The notes beneath the pieces are model-generated. The model saw nothing but the letters and a program-made list of their open reading frames with translations, did not search any database and was not told the origin of the DNA. Source: a virus. From it: a stretch of 64,000 nt of DNA. Position 1 is the first letter of the stretch, and each line of letters starts with the position of its first letter. This document shows, piece after piece, positions 8,883 through 17,734 of this stretch. The position numbers and the translations under genes are program-made. The stretch spans positions 32,001-96,000 of IMG/VR virus record IMGVR_UViG_3300027811_000003; one strand, written 5' to 3'.

Positions 8883-9208
8883 TGCTTTCCTTTCTCTTTT
8901 TCCTGCATGTCATACAGTTCTTTCGCTATGTCGTCCCTCTCCCTGTGAGACAGCATGTACTTGTCACGCATCTCTCGCGGGATGACGTTCAAATCTTTCC
9001 AATCCTTGATGATCTTCAATGCACTCGGGTCAGCTCTCAAGAACGCTTCCATACACGCTGTGAAAAATTCCTGGAAATTCATTCCAACGTCGTCTAGCAA
9101 CTTCCTGAACACGACTCTGTCGTTGATGTGAAGCCGGACAGACATCTGACTCCAGAGACCGTGTTGCTCAGAAAGATCCTTCAACTTTTTAATGCCTTTA
9201 CGCATCAT
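8879..9208 (-). CDS. hypothetical protein, possible ribbon-helix-helix
   Basis: MSVRLH strand followed by two helices. Confidence 0.5.
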   Translation of the reverse strand: MMRKGIKKLKDLSEQHGLWSQMSVRLHINDRVVFRKLLDDVGMNFQEFFTACMEAFLRADPSALKIIKDWKDLNVIPREMRDKYMLSHRERDDIAKELYDMQEKEKGKQ

Positions 9209-9291
9209 ACAGTATCAGTTCCGCAAGTCATAAGCGACCTCCTGTTTGCAGCTAGATCGATTTCTAGCGGCATTCTTTTTGTGTCATGACA

Positions 9292-9705
9292 TCAATTGTA
9301 GTTGTAACCCACGAAATTGTTTCCAGTGCTGTCGCAGTTAGTCGCGACGGGAGTGCCATACGACACGATCAACGAACCTGACGAAGGATACGTGTACGTC
9401 GAAGTAAACGTGTACGGATAAACGACGTAGCTCAAATCAGCACCGCAAGTGCACATCGGAGGTGTGATGTACAACCACGAACCTCGGGCAGCGAGAGCGA
9501 TTTGACACTGTTCAGAGTGAGGGTAATCACGATACTCATGCGGGCTTCGCCAATCGAAACGGCGCAGCTCGTCAGTCAAAAGTCCTGGAGTCTTCTTTTC
9601 CTGCACGATTGATTCCTTGAGCTTTTTCTCGTATGAAGCGAGTTCCTCGGCAGTTCCTTCGATCTCTTCTTTCGTTCCATCTGGTTTCGTTATAACTTTC
9701 TTCAT
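9292..9705 (-). CDS. hypothetical protein
   Basis: GAGGAG RBS; HSEQC...CTCG metal-binding-like motif. Confidence 0.6.
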   Translation of the reverse strand: MKKVITKPDGTKEEIEGTAEELASYEKKLKESIVQEKKTPGLLTDELRRFDWRSPHEYRDYPHSEQCQIALAARGSWLYITPPMCTCGADLSYVVYPYTFTSTYTYPSSGSLIVSYGTPVATNCDSTGNNFVGYNYN

Positions 9706-9715
9706 TCTGTTCTCC

Positions 9716-9931
9716 TCACTTCTTTTTGAATTTGCACCCTGTCGTATGACCGTTAGACATCAGATCGCGTATGTCACACGTGCAACTGTTGTCTTCAATC
9801 TCAAAGACGACCAAATGCTCGTCGCACAAATCGACGTCGACATTGTACATCGTCTGAGACATGCTTTTCTTCTTGCCGCAGTTGACGCACTCGTAACCGT
9901 CAGAGACAGTTTTCCATTTGTGATACGTCAT
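9716..9931 (-). CDS. small Cys/His zinc-binding protein
   Basis: HKW...CVNCG...CTC...GHTTGC. Confidence 0.55.
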   Translation of the reverse strand: MTYHKWKTVSDGYECVNCGKKKSMSQTMYNVDVDLCDEHLVVFEIEDNSCTCDIRDLMSNGHTTGCKFKKK

Positions 9932-10380
9932 GCACAGTCTCCGTTGAAATCGTTTACGCTTCCAACATATCTATGGATGTCGATCCCGACTTTTTTCAAC
10001 AGTTCAAAACCTTCTGTCTTTCTGTAGTCGTTGAAATACACGACCTGCGAGATGTCTGCTTGTATGATCCGTTTAGCGCACACGAAACAAGGACAAGTCG
10101 TCGTGTAAAGCTTCTTCACTGACGGATCGTTGTAGTTAAGCTTGATGACAGCGTTCTCTTCAGCGTGAAGACAACAGCATTGTCCAGGGTTTATTTCTCC
10201 GTTGGGAGTTTCGCAGATGTTCTTTCCTCCCTTGTAATTTCCGTTGTATCCCATCGACAACACTCTGCAGTTGTCGTCAGACACGATCACGCAGCCTACG
10301 CTAGCCCTTTGACAAGTGCTTCGTTTCGAGAGATGGACGGCGAACGTCATCCAAATCTCGTCCCACTCAGGTCTATCCAT
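9928..10380 (-). CDS. dCMP deaminase
   Basis: RSTCQRASVG, GYNG, HAEENA, PCFVCAKRI. Confidence 0.92.
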   Translation of the reverse strand: MDRPEWDEIWMTFAVHLSKRSTCQRASVGCVIVSDDNCRVLSMGYNGNYKGGKNICETPNGEINPGQCCCLHAEENAVIKLNYNDPSVKKLYTTTCPCFVCAKRIIQADISQVVYFNDYRKTEGFELLKKVGIDIHRYVGSVNDFNGDCA

Positions 10381-10382
10381 CG

Positions 10383-10706
10383 TCAGGCGATCTCGACATT
10401 CGTGTTGTCGATCACGAAGCAAGTGGCGACGAGCTCACCGCGACTCAACGACATGTTAGATCCTCCAGTGACGATAAGAGTGTGCAACTCGGCTCCCGCT
10501 GGAATGACTTCACAAGTTGACCCGTAAAAGCTTTGAACTATGACGGGAAGATTGCAAAACACGCCAAGCTTGATCGACTTCGTTCCTCTAGTGTTGATGT
10601 CGATTGGAGAGAACAGCTCGAACGGTCCGCCTTGTCTGTTTGACTTCTTGGGATTAACTCCGTCAGTATTCCTAAACGTCACCTTCGTCATCTTGAAAAC
10701 AGGCAT
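10383..10706 (-). CDS. hypothetical protein, degenerate dUTPase-like beta fold
   Basis: FELFSP...SIKLG...RGELVA loosely resembles trimeric dUTPase without catalytic motifs. Confidence 0.35.
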   Translation of the reverse strand: MPVFKMTKVTFRNTDGVNPKKSNRQGGPFELFSPIDINTRGTKSIKLGVFCNLPVIVQSFYGSTCEVIPAGAELHTLIVTGGSNMSLSRGELVATCFVIDNTNVEIA

Positions 10707-10731
10707 CTTGATTTCCTCTTTCTTTGTTTCG

Positions 10732-11856
10732 TTATTTCGCTGCTTTTTCGAGCTCGTCGACAAAAAACTTGACATCCATGAAACCAAGTTTTTCCACATT
10801 CTTTTCCCTCAGCTTCTCTTTCTCTGCTCTAGATAACTTCGACATTCTCTCAACGACGTCTATCATATCTAGACCGTCCTTAGCCACAAATTCGTCAAGA
10901 ACGTATTGACTTATTCCGTTTGCGCTCGCGAGTCCGATCGGAAGAGTGCCAAACAAAATCGCTTCCCAAGGTCTAGGAGTTATGAACCCAGATTCAAGAT
11001 ACGATCTCTTCGCGAGCAATGGAACTCCGACTGCTGTCCCGTAAGCGTCTCTGAAGCCGCTCGTCGTGATCCTGTCACAATATTTAACGTTCGGCCAACG
11101 AGCCCTGCAATCGTCGACAGTTTTCAGCCAATTACCGTAGAACTCGACCTGATAAGGAAACGCGTCTGACACAGGCTTTATCCATTCGTCAATCACGTCG
11201 TCTCTCTCGTACCTACTGCCAACATACACCAGCTTTCTGTTTGGGTCTGGAAACATCGGCGACCACTGCAGAAGGTCTGAAACAACAGTTGGTGGTTCTA
11301 TCCTAACTCTGTCTTTGTGTAAACGCCGAGGCCTCGAGGAGGTTTCGAACACAACGTCAGGTTGCCACATGATTTCATCTTGCTCTGTCAGCTTGTGGTC
11401 GAGGTCCCAAACAATGATCTTCGTTTTCGTTTGCTTGTAGTGGTTCAGCAATTCGACTTGTCTGTGCAAGTCAGGTTGATGTTTGAACGAATCGAAGTCA
11501 AGATCTCCGTTTTCTTTCACGTCACAATTTCTGCCGTTGATCGGGAACCGCCACTCGATCAAAAGCACGTCAAGCTCTGGCAACATCTGCGACGAGCCCT
11601 GAGTGTGCATGATGTTTTCGTACGCAGACAAGCGTTTCTGCTGAGAGAACGCCGAAAACGCACGCTCGTGGAATGACTTGTAAGCTGGATAATCTCTGTC
11701 CTTCTGCATCGCGAAGACCTGGTGTCCACGACGCTGAGCTTCCCAGATTATCGACCACCCGTATGTCGCGTTCCCGTCTGGAGACGACACTTCGTTGTGG
11801 TTATCGTCGAGTTTAACGTCAGCGAGAAATCCCCAAAACGAATAGCCAATCCTCAT
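10732..11856 (-). CDS. GT-B glycosyltransferase, putative DNA glycosyltransferase
   Basis: MRIGYSFWGFL..PDG, WDLD, LVYVGSRYERD, GFITPRPWEA; BGT-like layout; sits among nucleotide-modification genes. Confidence 0.7.
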   Translation of the reverse strand: MRIGYSFWGFLADVKLDDNHNEVSSPDGNATYGWSIIWEAQRRGHQVFAMQKDRDYPAYKSFHERAFSAFSQQKRLSAYENIMHTQGSSQMLPELDVLLIEWRFPINGRNCDVKENGDLDFDSFKHQPDLHRQVELLNHYKQTKTKIIVWDLDHKLTEQDEIMWQPDVVFETSSRPRRLHKDRVRIEPPTVVSDLLQWSPMFPDPNRKLVYVGSRYERDDVIDEWIKPVSDAFPYQVEFYGNWLKTVDDCRARWPNVKYCDRITTSGFRDAYGTAVGVPLLAKRSYLESGFITPRPWEAILFGTLPIGLASANGISQYVLDEFVAKDGLDMIDVVERMSKLSRAEKEKLREKNVEKLGFMDVKFFVDELEKAAK

Positions 11857-12008
11857 TTACGTGTCCATTTTGGAAATTTCGCAGGACGTTCGTTGCCAGC
11901 GCTACCCCAATACATGACACCTATTTCAGTTTCTCCTGGTTCGCCGACGACGACGTAAATCCTGAAGCCAGTGTAACAGAGCCATTTATTTATCGACCAA
12001 AGTTTCAT
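11853..12008 (-). CDS. 51-aa hypothetical protein (not in ORF track)
   Basis: MKLWSINKWLCYTGFRIYVVVG...; ATGA overlaps at both ends. Confidence 0.5.
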   Translation of the reverse strand: MKLWSINKWLCYTGFRIYVVVGEPGETEIGVMYWGSAGNERPAKFPKWTRK

Positions 12009-12592
12009 TTTGTTCCTCTGTTGAATCCGCACTTGTATCTGATTGAAAAATCGAATCCAAATTCTTCAACGTCTCTCAATCCCTTCTTGATCTCTGGAAT
12101 CTCTAAGTCTAAGTCGTTTAAGAAATCGTCAGTATAGAATCGGATCGTCTTGCAGGCAGTCCAATTACAGAAATCGTGGTACGTCGTGTGGATTTCTTGC
12201 ATCTTTTCGAGTGGAACGACTTCGTCTTTGACAGAAGCGTAGCTATTTCGCATCGGGATGATGATCACCGTGCCCAAGTCGGCGAATGCTTCGTCGACGT
12301 CGCATAGCACAACTTCGTCAGTCTTCCTCTTGAAGACCTTGGAATAACAAAACTCAGATGGAAACCCACGGTCGAGGACCACGCTATATCCCGTTTGTTT
12401 CAAGAACGCGACTGAATAAGTCTGGTCGTAGCGTAGGGCGTTCACAAACGCACCAGGGACTTTCCAATTCTGGTGTTGTGTGTCCATCCTGAAGTACGGG
12501 ATCCTGTATCGACGCGACAGCTCTTTGGCGATCTGAGTCTTTCCGCACCCGTCGGGCCCTTCAAGCATGAATATTCTTTGTTTTCGTTTCAT
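12005..12592 (-). CDS. dNMP (thymidylate-type) kinase
   Basis: LEGPDGCGKT P-loop; VLDRGFPSEFCY. Confidence 0.85.
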   Translation of the reverse strand: MKRKQRIFMLEGPDGCGKTQIAKELSRRYRIPYFRMDTQHQNWKVPGAFVNALRYDQTYSVAFLKQTGYSVVLDRGFPSEFCYSKVFKRKTDEVVLCDVDEAFADLGTVIIIPMRNSYASVKDEVVPLEKMQEIHTTYHDFCNWTACKTIRFYTDDFLNDLDLEIPEIKKGLRDVEEFGFDFSIRYKCGFNRGTK

Positions 12593-12593
12593 G

Positions 12594-13652
12594 TCACTCC
12601 TTGAACAATCCGGCCCAAACAGACATCGCAGAACCCAGCGTATGAAAATAATCGTCGTACTCGCTGAACTTAGGGTAATCAACAACGAAATCAGCGATGT
12701 GAAGCGCCAGCTGCTCGTAACACGACACGGGATCATTTCCAACGAGAACGAGCTTGTCGACGTGCTCCCACATAAATTCATTTACCTCTAGACCGTTAGC
12801 TTCCTTCTTGAGATTCGTAAACGGGTTTGACGCACGTTCGTGATGGATGTACGGAAGACCTGAGGTCACGATGAGGCCCAAGTGATCGACGATCTTCTTC
12901 ATGAAGATTCCCGACCATATGTCGCCGAACCTGTCGAACGGCAGCACTTCAAGATATTTCGTAGTCATGTTGTTGCCCAACGACTTGCCCATCATCAAGT
13001 GGTACGTCAAAACTGCGATCTCTCTAGAAAACGCCACGTTCATTCCGCACATCGGGAAATAAAATCCAGCTGGAATGACTTGAGTAGTAAACGAGAACTT
13101 CTCCTTAGCTGGATTGACAAGCTGAGTCGGGGCATCGTAGTCGAGAACGTTTGTCCACAGCCCGTGGTTAAGCACTGCTCGTCTTGCTCCGACATTGAAA
13201 TACGGAATCCCACGAGGTTTTACGTTACTGAGTGTGCTGTGCCACTTAGTCAATCCACCCTTCATGAACTTGAGATGCTCGTTCACGAAAGCCCTTCCAT
13301 CGTAAGTGATGCCTTCAGCTTCTGACGTGGGATAACAATCGTCGTCCAACGTGATCACGTACTTGTATCCCTGCTTCCAGGCTTCGTAATATCCGAACGA
13401 CCTCACTGTGTCTGAACGACGAGGAATGATCCAACTTGAGTCTCCCAGTTGAGCGTCTATCTCTTCCCACGAGAAATGACCCAGCTTACACGTCGCTCCT
13501 TGCAAGTTGAACGTTTTGCTATCGTTGTCCTCGACGACGAGCAAGTCGACGACGTCGAACAACTTGATCTTGTTCCAGCGTTCGATAAAATCATACAAGC
13601 ACTTCTCTCTGATCGACGGCACGACAAGACACACTTCATTGTTAGAACTCAT
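12594..13652 (-). CDS. RGP / UDP-arabinopyranose mutase-like protein (GT75 family)
   Basis: RSFGY, LDDDCYP, RGIPY, HGLWTNVLDYDAPTQL, PMCGMNVAF, RFGDIWSG, GLPYIHHERASNPFTNLKKE match plant RGP motifs. Confidence 0.85.
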   Translation of the reverse strand: MSSNNEVCLVVPSIREKCLYDFIERWNKIKLFDVVDLLVVEDNDSKTFNLQGATCKLGHFSWEEIDAQLGDSSWIIPRRSDTVRSFGYYEAWKQGYKYVITLDDDCYPTSEAEGITYDGRAFVNEHLKFMKGGLTKWHSTLSNVKPRGIPYFNVGARRAVLNHGLWTNVLDYDAPTQLVNPAKEKFSFTTQVIPAGFYFPMCGMNVAFSREIAVLTYHLMMGKSLGNNMTTKYLEVLPFDRFGDIWSGIFMKKIVDHLGLIVTSGLPYIHHERASNPFTNLKKEANGLEVNEFMWEHVDKLVLVGNDPVSCYEQLALHIADFVVDYPKFSEYDDYFHTLGSAMSVWAGLFKE

Positions 13653-13860
13653 TTATTCTCTTTCCTCCAACGATTTTTAGAACATGCTTCATCGCTTCAC
13701 GAAGTTCAAACGGACCGTCACGTCCCTCGTCGCGGTTAACAAACCACACGCCGTCCACGAAACTAATGTCAGCCACCTTGCTCTGTAAGGCTGAACCAGT
13801 GACAGAGTTGTCGTGACACGACATGTTGCCGTATCCGTCTTCGATCCAGTTAACTATCAT
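13642..13860 (-). CDS. hypothetical protein
   Basis: 72-aa ORF from MIVNWIED, overlaps at both junctions. Confidence 0.5.
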   Translation of the reverse strand: MIVNWIEDGYGNMSCHDNSVTGSALQSKVADISFVDGVWFVNRDEGRDGPFELREAMKHVLKIVGGKRINEF

Positions 13861-14576
13861 GACTTCTTCTCCCACAGTGCAGGGTGTCCGTTGTACGGTG
13901 ACTTGAGTCCTCGAAGCTTCCAATACCTCTCGAAACCGTTAGCACGCAGTATCGCGTTGAACGGACGCTTGGCGTTGTCACGTGGAACGTCTCTTCCCTC
14001 GAGAGTGTACACGTCGAAGTGACCTGGACTGACGATTCCAAAAGTGCTAGCGTCGAGATATTGCTTCGGCTTGACGACGTCGAGCAACTCTTGAATTCCC
14101 TTGAATGGATCCTTGATGTGCTCGAACGTCTCCTGAGCGAGCAACAGATCGCAGTCACGCTCGATCTTGTCGACGACCTTGACGTTCGACAAGTTCAGAC
14201 GTCTAGCCAGCTCTGACGCCGCGTCACGTTGCTTCGGAGCGATGTTGTGTGTGACGCATTCAGCGTCAGGAAACACCGTGGCAAGCAAACACGCAGACAT
14301 ACCGATCCCGCCGCAGTAGTCGAACACTCGCTTCGGTTTCAGCAACAAGTCGTGCTTGACGCAGTACTCGACGTCAGACCAGCTGCGAACTGTCCACGAG
14401 TTCAACGCGAGGTACATGTAGTCTGGATGATCGTAGAAGCTAAAGTCTGTCTGACCAGAGCCGTCCCACACTTTCTGAAACTCTTGTTCCTTGGCGACGA
14501 TCTCTTCCTTCGTCGGCACCTTTCCCAACACGATGTCAGAAGCGATCGCGTAAATGTTCTTACAACGTTTGTTCAT
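13857..14576 (-). CDS. class I SAM-dependent methyltransferase
   Basis: VFDYCGGIG motif I; DLLLAQETFEHIKDP. Confidence 0.8.
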   Translation of the reverse strand: MNKRCKNIYAIASDIVLGKVPTKEEIVAKEQEFQKVWDGSGQTDFSFYDHPDYMYLALNSWTVRSWSDVEYCVKHDLLLKPKRVFDYCGGIGMSACLLATVFPDAECVTHNIAPKQRDAASELARRLNLSNVKVVDKIERDCDLLLAQETFEHIKDPFKGIQELLDVVKPKQYLDASTFGIVSPGHFDVYTLEGRDVPRDNAKRPFNAILRANGFERYWKLRGLKSPYNGHPALWEKKS

Positions 14577-14803
14577 ATCAAACTCCTCGTGAGTTTTGAA
14601 AAAATCAAAAATCTAGCCCACGCTAGATACGCAGCTGAACTGCCAGGTAAGATAAAAAAGTGACTGTATGCTTCTGCGCGAGCACGTTTGTCGTAACGAT
14701 TTACACCGTCATGATAACAACAGTTTATCACAGCAGCCTCATTACGACGAGTTCCTGAACGAAGTGTACAAGCTTTGAGAGTTGCAAATAATACGACATT
14801 CAT
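14573..14803 (-). CDS. small hypothetical protein, paralog of 15025..15213
   Basis: Shared LKxCTLR...YDKxARAxA...LPxxSA. Confidence 0.5.
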   Translation of the reverse strand: MNVVLFATLKACTLRSGTRRNEAAVINCCYHDGVNRYDKRARAEAYSHFFILPGSSAAYLAWARFLIFSKLTRSLI

Positions 14804-14812
14804 TTCGTCGTT

Positions 14813-15028
14813 CTAAACATTCGCTTGTCTACGACCATCATACCACGCACCAACAGAAAAAGGTATTGAACGATTGCCAATTCTTCCTGCGTGGCAATAA
14901 GCGTGAGCCCACGGGATCCTATTAAACATCTGAATACTGCTTGCTCTTGAATGCACGTCCATCTCGTTGACGCGTGAAGCGTTTGGATACGCGATCGGTC
15001 TGCGCAAAATGTGAACGAACAGTGTCAT
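14813..15028 (-). CDS. small hypothetical protein
   Basis: 71-aa ORF between two paralogs. Confidence 0.4.
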   Translation of the reverse strand: MTLFVHILRRPIAYPNASRVNEMDVHSRASSIQMFNRIPWAHAYCHAGRIGNRSIPFSVGAWYDGRRQANV

Positions 15029-15213
15029 TGTCTCACCAATACAAAATATCGTGCTGATGTAGCTGGCAACGTGTATGTGCTTTCTGCTTGTGCACGTGCT
15101 TTCTTATCGTAACAAACGACAACGTCACGATAAGAAACAACGAAGTTTTCGTGATAAACGTGACGCGTTATTGCACGAAGTGTGCAAGTTTTAAGAATTA
15201 CAAACAATATCAT
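15025..15213 (-). CDS. small hypothetical protein, paralog of 14573..14803
   Basis: ATGA overlap with DnaE-C stop; paralogy. Confidence 0.5.
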   Translation of the reverse strand: MILFVILKTCTLRAITRHVYHENFVVSYRDVVVCYDKKARAQAESTYTLPATSARYFVLVRQ

Positions 15214-16295
15214 GTTTCAACTGAGTCCAAGTCTATCATGTATCCTTGAGCTGAATTCATCGAGTGCGCGAACCCTGGCTTTCCAACTACAAACCCGCCG
15301 TCTTCATCTCCAAGCTTTCTGTTGAACGTAGCTAAGTAGACGCTCGACACCTTGGTTATCGGCTTGATCCACTTCCATATCGTCGAAAAGCACGGCGCGT
15401 CGAACGGGACGTTGTTCTTGTCTTCAAACGTCAAGAACGCCATCATCTGACCGTTTCGCTGCGGCTTCTCGAAGATCCTCTTGACGACGACTGGAATGAC
15501 ACCGACCTCCCAATCGCTCTCGACGAAGTGGTCGTGTCCCTCGAATATGTTGTCAGCTCCAACGACTGCGTCGATCTTCTTGTCGCGATCCAAGATCTCG
15601 AACGGAGAGCCGCGGAGAGAGAAACCGAACAGCTCGTTTTCAAACGCGACCTTTTCATGGAGTTGATAGTCAGGAATTCCCAACGGTGTGTTGAAGTATC
15701 TTACATAATCTTCCCAACAATGTGAACCTTCTTTTTTCCCTCTCGTCTTCTTTTTGTATTCCTTGTTGTCGTCAAGAAACGTGAACTTCACTTCAAGCTC
15801 TTTCATGTTTGAGTGCAGACAATCGAACGCTCCAGCCTTGATCAGCGGAGAGATCGCAGTCTTGCTTACGCCAGAACGAATGACGAAGTCTATGAAGTCC
15901 GTGTACGGTTGATTAGAAACGATCTTCTCGATCGCAGCGGGACCGACGCCGATCACAGAGCTGAGAGCTAACCTGATGATGTCTCCTTCTATGACATGGT
16001 TTGCCTTACTCGAGTTGACATCGACGGGAAGCAACTTGATGCCTGCGCGCTTGATGTCACCTACGTATTGTTGTAACTCTCCCGACTGACCTTTGGTTAG
16101 CACTGCGGCATACCACTCCATCGGATAGTACGTGGCTAGGTAAGCACACTGCATCGTCATGACTGAATACGCGTCTGAGTGCGAGTTAGAAGTCAAGAGA
16201 CCGTTAGACAGGAAGAATTGGTGATCAGGGTGAGCGAGCTCGACGTCGAATGTCTGATGCTTGCCGATGTTCTTAGCGTAGATTATTTTTGGCAT
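15210..16295 (-). CDS. dnaE: DNA polymerase III alpha, C-terminal part, preceded by split C-intein
   Basis: 37-aa C-intein ending TSN, then SHSDAY..YLATYYPMEWYAA, LLPVDVNSS, HhH, OB-fold MAFLTFED. Confidence 0.93.
   Translation of the reverse strand: MPKIIYAKNIGKHQTFDVELAHPDHQFFLSNGLLTSNSHSDAYSVMTMQCAYLATYYPMEWYAAVLTKGQSGELQQYVGDIKRAGIKLLPVDVNSSKANHVIEGDIIRLALSSVIGVGPAAIEKIVSNQPYTDFIDFVIRSGVSKTAISPLIKAGAFDCLHSNMKELEVKFTFLDDNKEYKKKTRGKKEGSHCWEDYVRYFNTPLGIPDYQLHEKVAFENELFGFSLRGSPFEILDRDKKIDAVVGADNIFEGHDHFVESDWEVGVIPVVVKRIFEKPQRNGQMMAFLTFEDKNNVPFDAPCFSTIWKWIKPITKVSSVYLATFNRKLGDEDGGFVVGKPGFAHSMNSAQGYMIDLDSVET
16185..16295 (-). mobile_element. split intein C-fragment
   Basis: MPKIIYAKNIGKHQTFDVELAHPDHQFFLSNGLLTSN|S: blocks F/G. 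Confidence 0.9.
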
Positions 16296-16306
16296 GAAAA
16301 AGAACC

Positions 16307-16558
16307 TTAATCTGACAAGCAACATTTTTTCATCAAACGAAGTAAATCAATAATGCCAATATATTCGTCTTGATTTCCACGAACTGTATTTTTAATCTTT
16401 TTAATATTTTCCTTTGACGAAATATCTAAATCTTCAAAAAATTCGTATTCACGAATTTTGTTTGCCAGTCTTTCAAATGCGCGATTTGGATCTGCACCTT
16501 TTTCAATTTTTTCGATTGTCTCATCTATAAAAATTGCTAAAGCATCAATACTTGTCAT
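16307..16558 (-). CDS. AT-rich hypothetical protein inside the split dnaE locus
   Basis: 83-aa ORF, AGGAG RBS, overlaps endonuclease stop. Confidence 0.6.
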   Translation of the reverse strand: MTSIDALAIFIDETIEKIEKGADPNRAFERLANKIREYEFFEDLDISSKENIKKIKNTVRGNQDEYIGIIDLLRLMKKCCLSD

Positions 16559-17531
16559 ATGCTTCTCCTACCTTGTAGATTCCAGGAATTTGATTTTCTA
16601 CTAAAGACTTTATTTGTTCTAAGACTCTTTGAGAGAATGAACCACCTTGACGATGATAGTAATCTTCGTAAGACACACGAACGATTGCGTATCCAGAAGC
16701 AGACAACACTTCGTTTAGTTCGTTGTCATGTACTTTAGTCTTTCCCAAATCTTGTCCTGCTCTAAATTTTCTGAAATGACACGGTCCATCGAATTCGACT
16801 ATAATCTTCTTTGTCAGTTGCAAGACGTCTATCTGTCTTCTTCTTGTCTTGTTGCTGAACAATTCGTTCTTGATTTGCTGATTGTGCTTAAATCCAGAAT
16901 CAATCTTCTTGCATTCTCTAAACAAAATCAATTGCGGCTTGCTAACAAACGTGTTATGCATCGCGACTATACACTTTTGATAAAAATCTTCAGGTTTTTC
17001 ATCTCTCCAATTCTGTAAAGCTGTAGACCTGGCTTCTTGAATGTCTTGACGTGCTGACGTTTTTATCGCAGTTTCAGATTCTTTCTTTCTACCATCTTTT
17101 GATTTGGCCCAAGCCGTGATAGTCATCTTGGACAATTCCTTTCTACGCTCTATCTCTTTTGGATTTGATAAGATGGCAGCACTGACAGATTTTCCTATGT
17201 TACTTTTCCAAGTCTCAAGCTTCCCACGTTCTATCATCCTTGGATACGCGAGTGCTCCGCTCTTTGCGTTTATGCCAGCACGCCACCTCGCATAAATTTC
17301 GCATGTCTTTCGATGAATTTTTAGATCTGGATTCGTGCCAGCGAACCCAAAGAATTCAGAGCCGCATCTGCAAACGTGTTGATTTATACAACTTTCGTAA
17401 TGCGTTCGCTCATTTCTGATAGAACATCCACACCATCTGCAAGAGACGCTACTTCTAGATCTCTTGCCATTATCTCTGAGATCGGAAGCATTTCTCCCGT
17501 CGTCGTTCTGAATTTGTGGTTCGGTGTGCAT
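16545..17531 (-). CDS. free-standing homing endonuclease (Vsr/DUF559-like)
   Basis: IDVL...IIVEFDGPCH...HD...GYAIVRV; lies between dnaE halves; start uncertain. Confidence 0.8.
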   Translation of the reverse strand: MHTEPQIQNDDGRNASDLRDNGKRSRSSVSCRWCGCSIRNERTHYESCINQHVCRCGSEFFGFAGTNPDLKIHRKTCEIYARWRAGINAKSGALAYPRMIERGKLETWKSNIGKSVSAAILSNPKEIERRKELSKMTITAWAKSKDGRKKESETAIKTSARQDIQEARSTALQNWRDEKPEDFYQKCIVAMHNTFVSKPQLILFRECKKIDSGFKHNQQIKNELFSNKTRRRQIDVLQLTKKIIVEFDGPCHFRKFRAGQDLGKTKVHDNELNEVLSASGYAIVRVSYEDYYHRQGGSFSQRVLEQIKSLVENQIPGIYKVGEAYDKY

Positions 17532-17734
17532 CTTACTACGCTCCCGTCGTCAAACGTAAATTCTATAAGCTCGAGTTCACCATGATCATGCAAAGCTGTC
17601 ACAGGCTCGAGGAAGATCTTACCACTGAATTCGTCGCGGGAAAATAGGAGATCACCAGGTTTGATATCTTTTATTTCTTTCCGTGCAACTATTTCATTTT
17701 CAAAAACGTTAATGGTTTCATTGGCTTGCAAACT
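17384..17734 (-). mobile_element. split intein N-fragment (Ser1)
   Basis: FNK|SLQANETI, EIKDIKPGD, block B CTPNHKF. Confidence 0.9.

Noticed and set aside
16296-17383. dnaE as a disrupted pseudogene
   Set aside because: Both halves are intact and carry complementary intein fragments that restore the conserved motif
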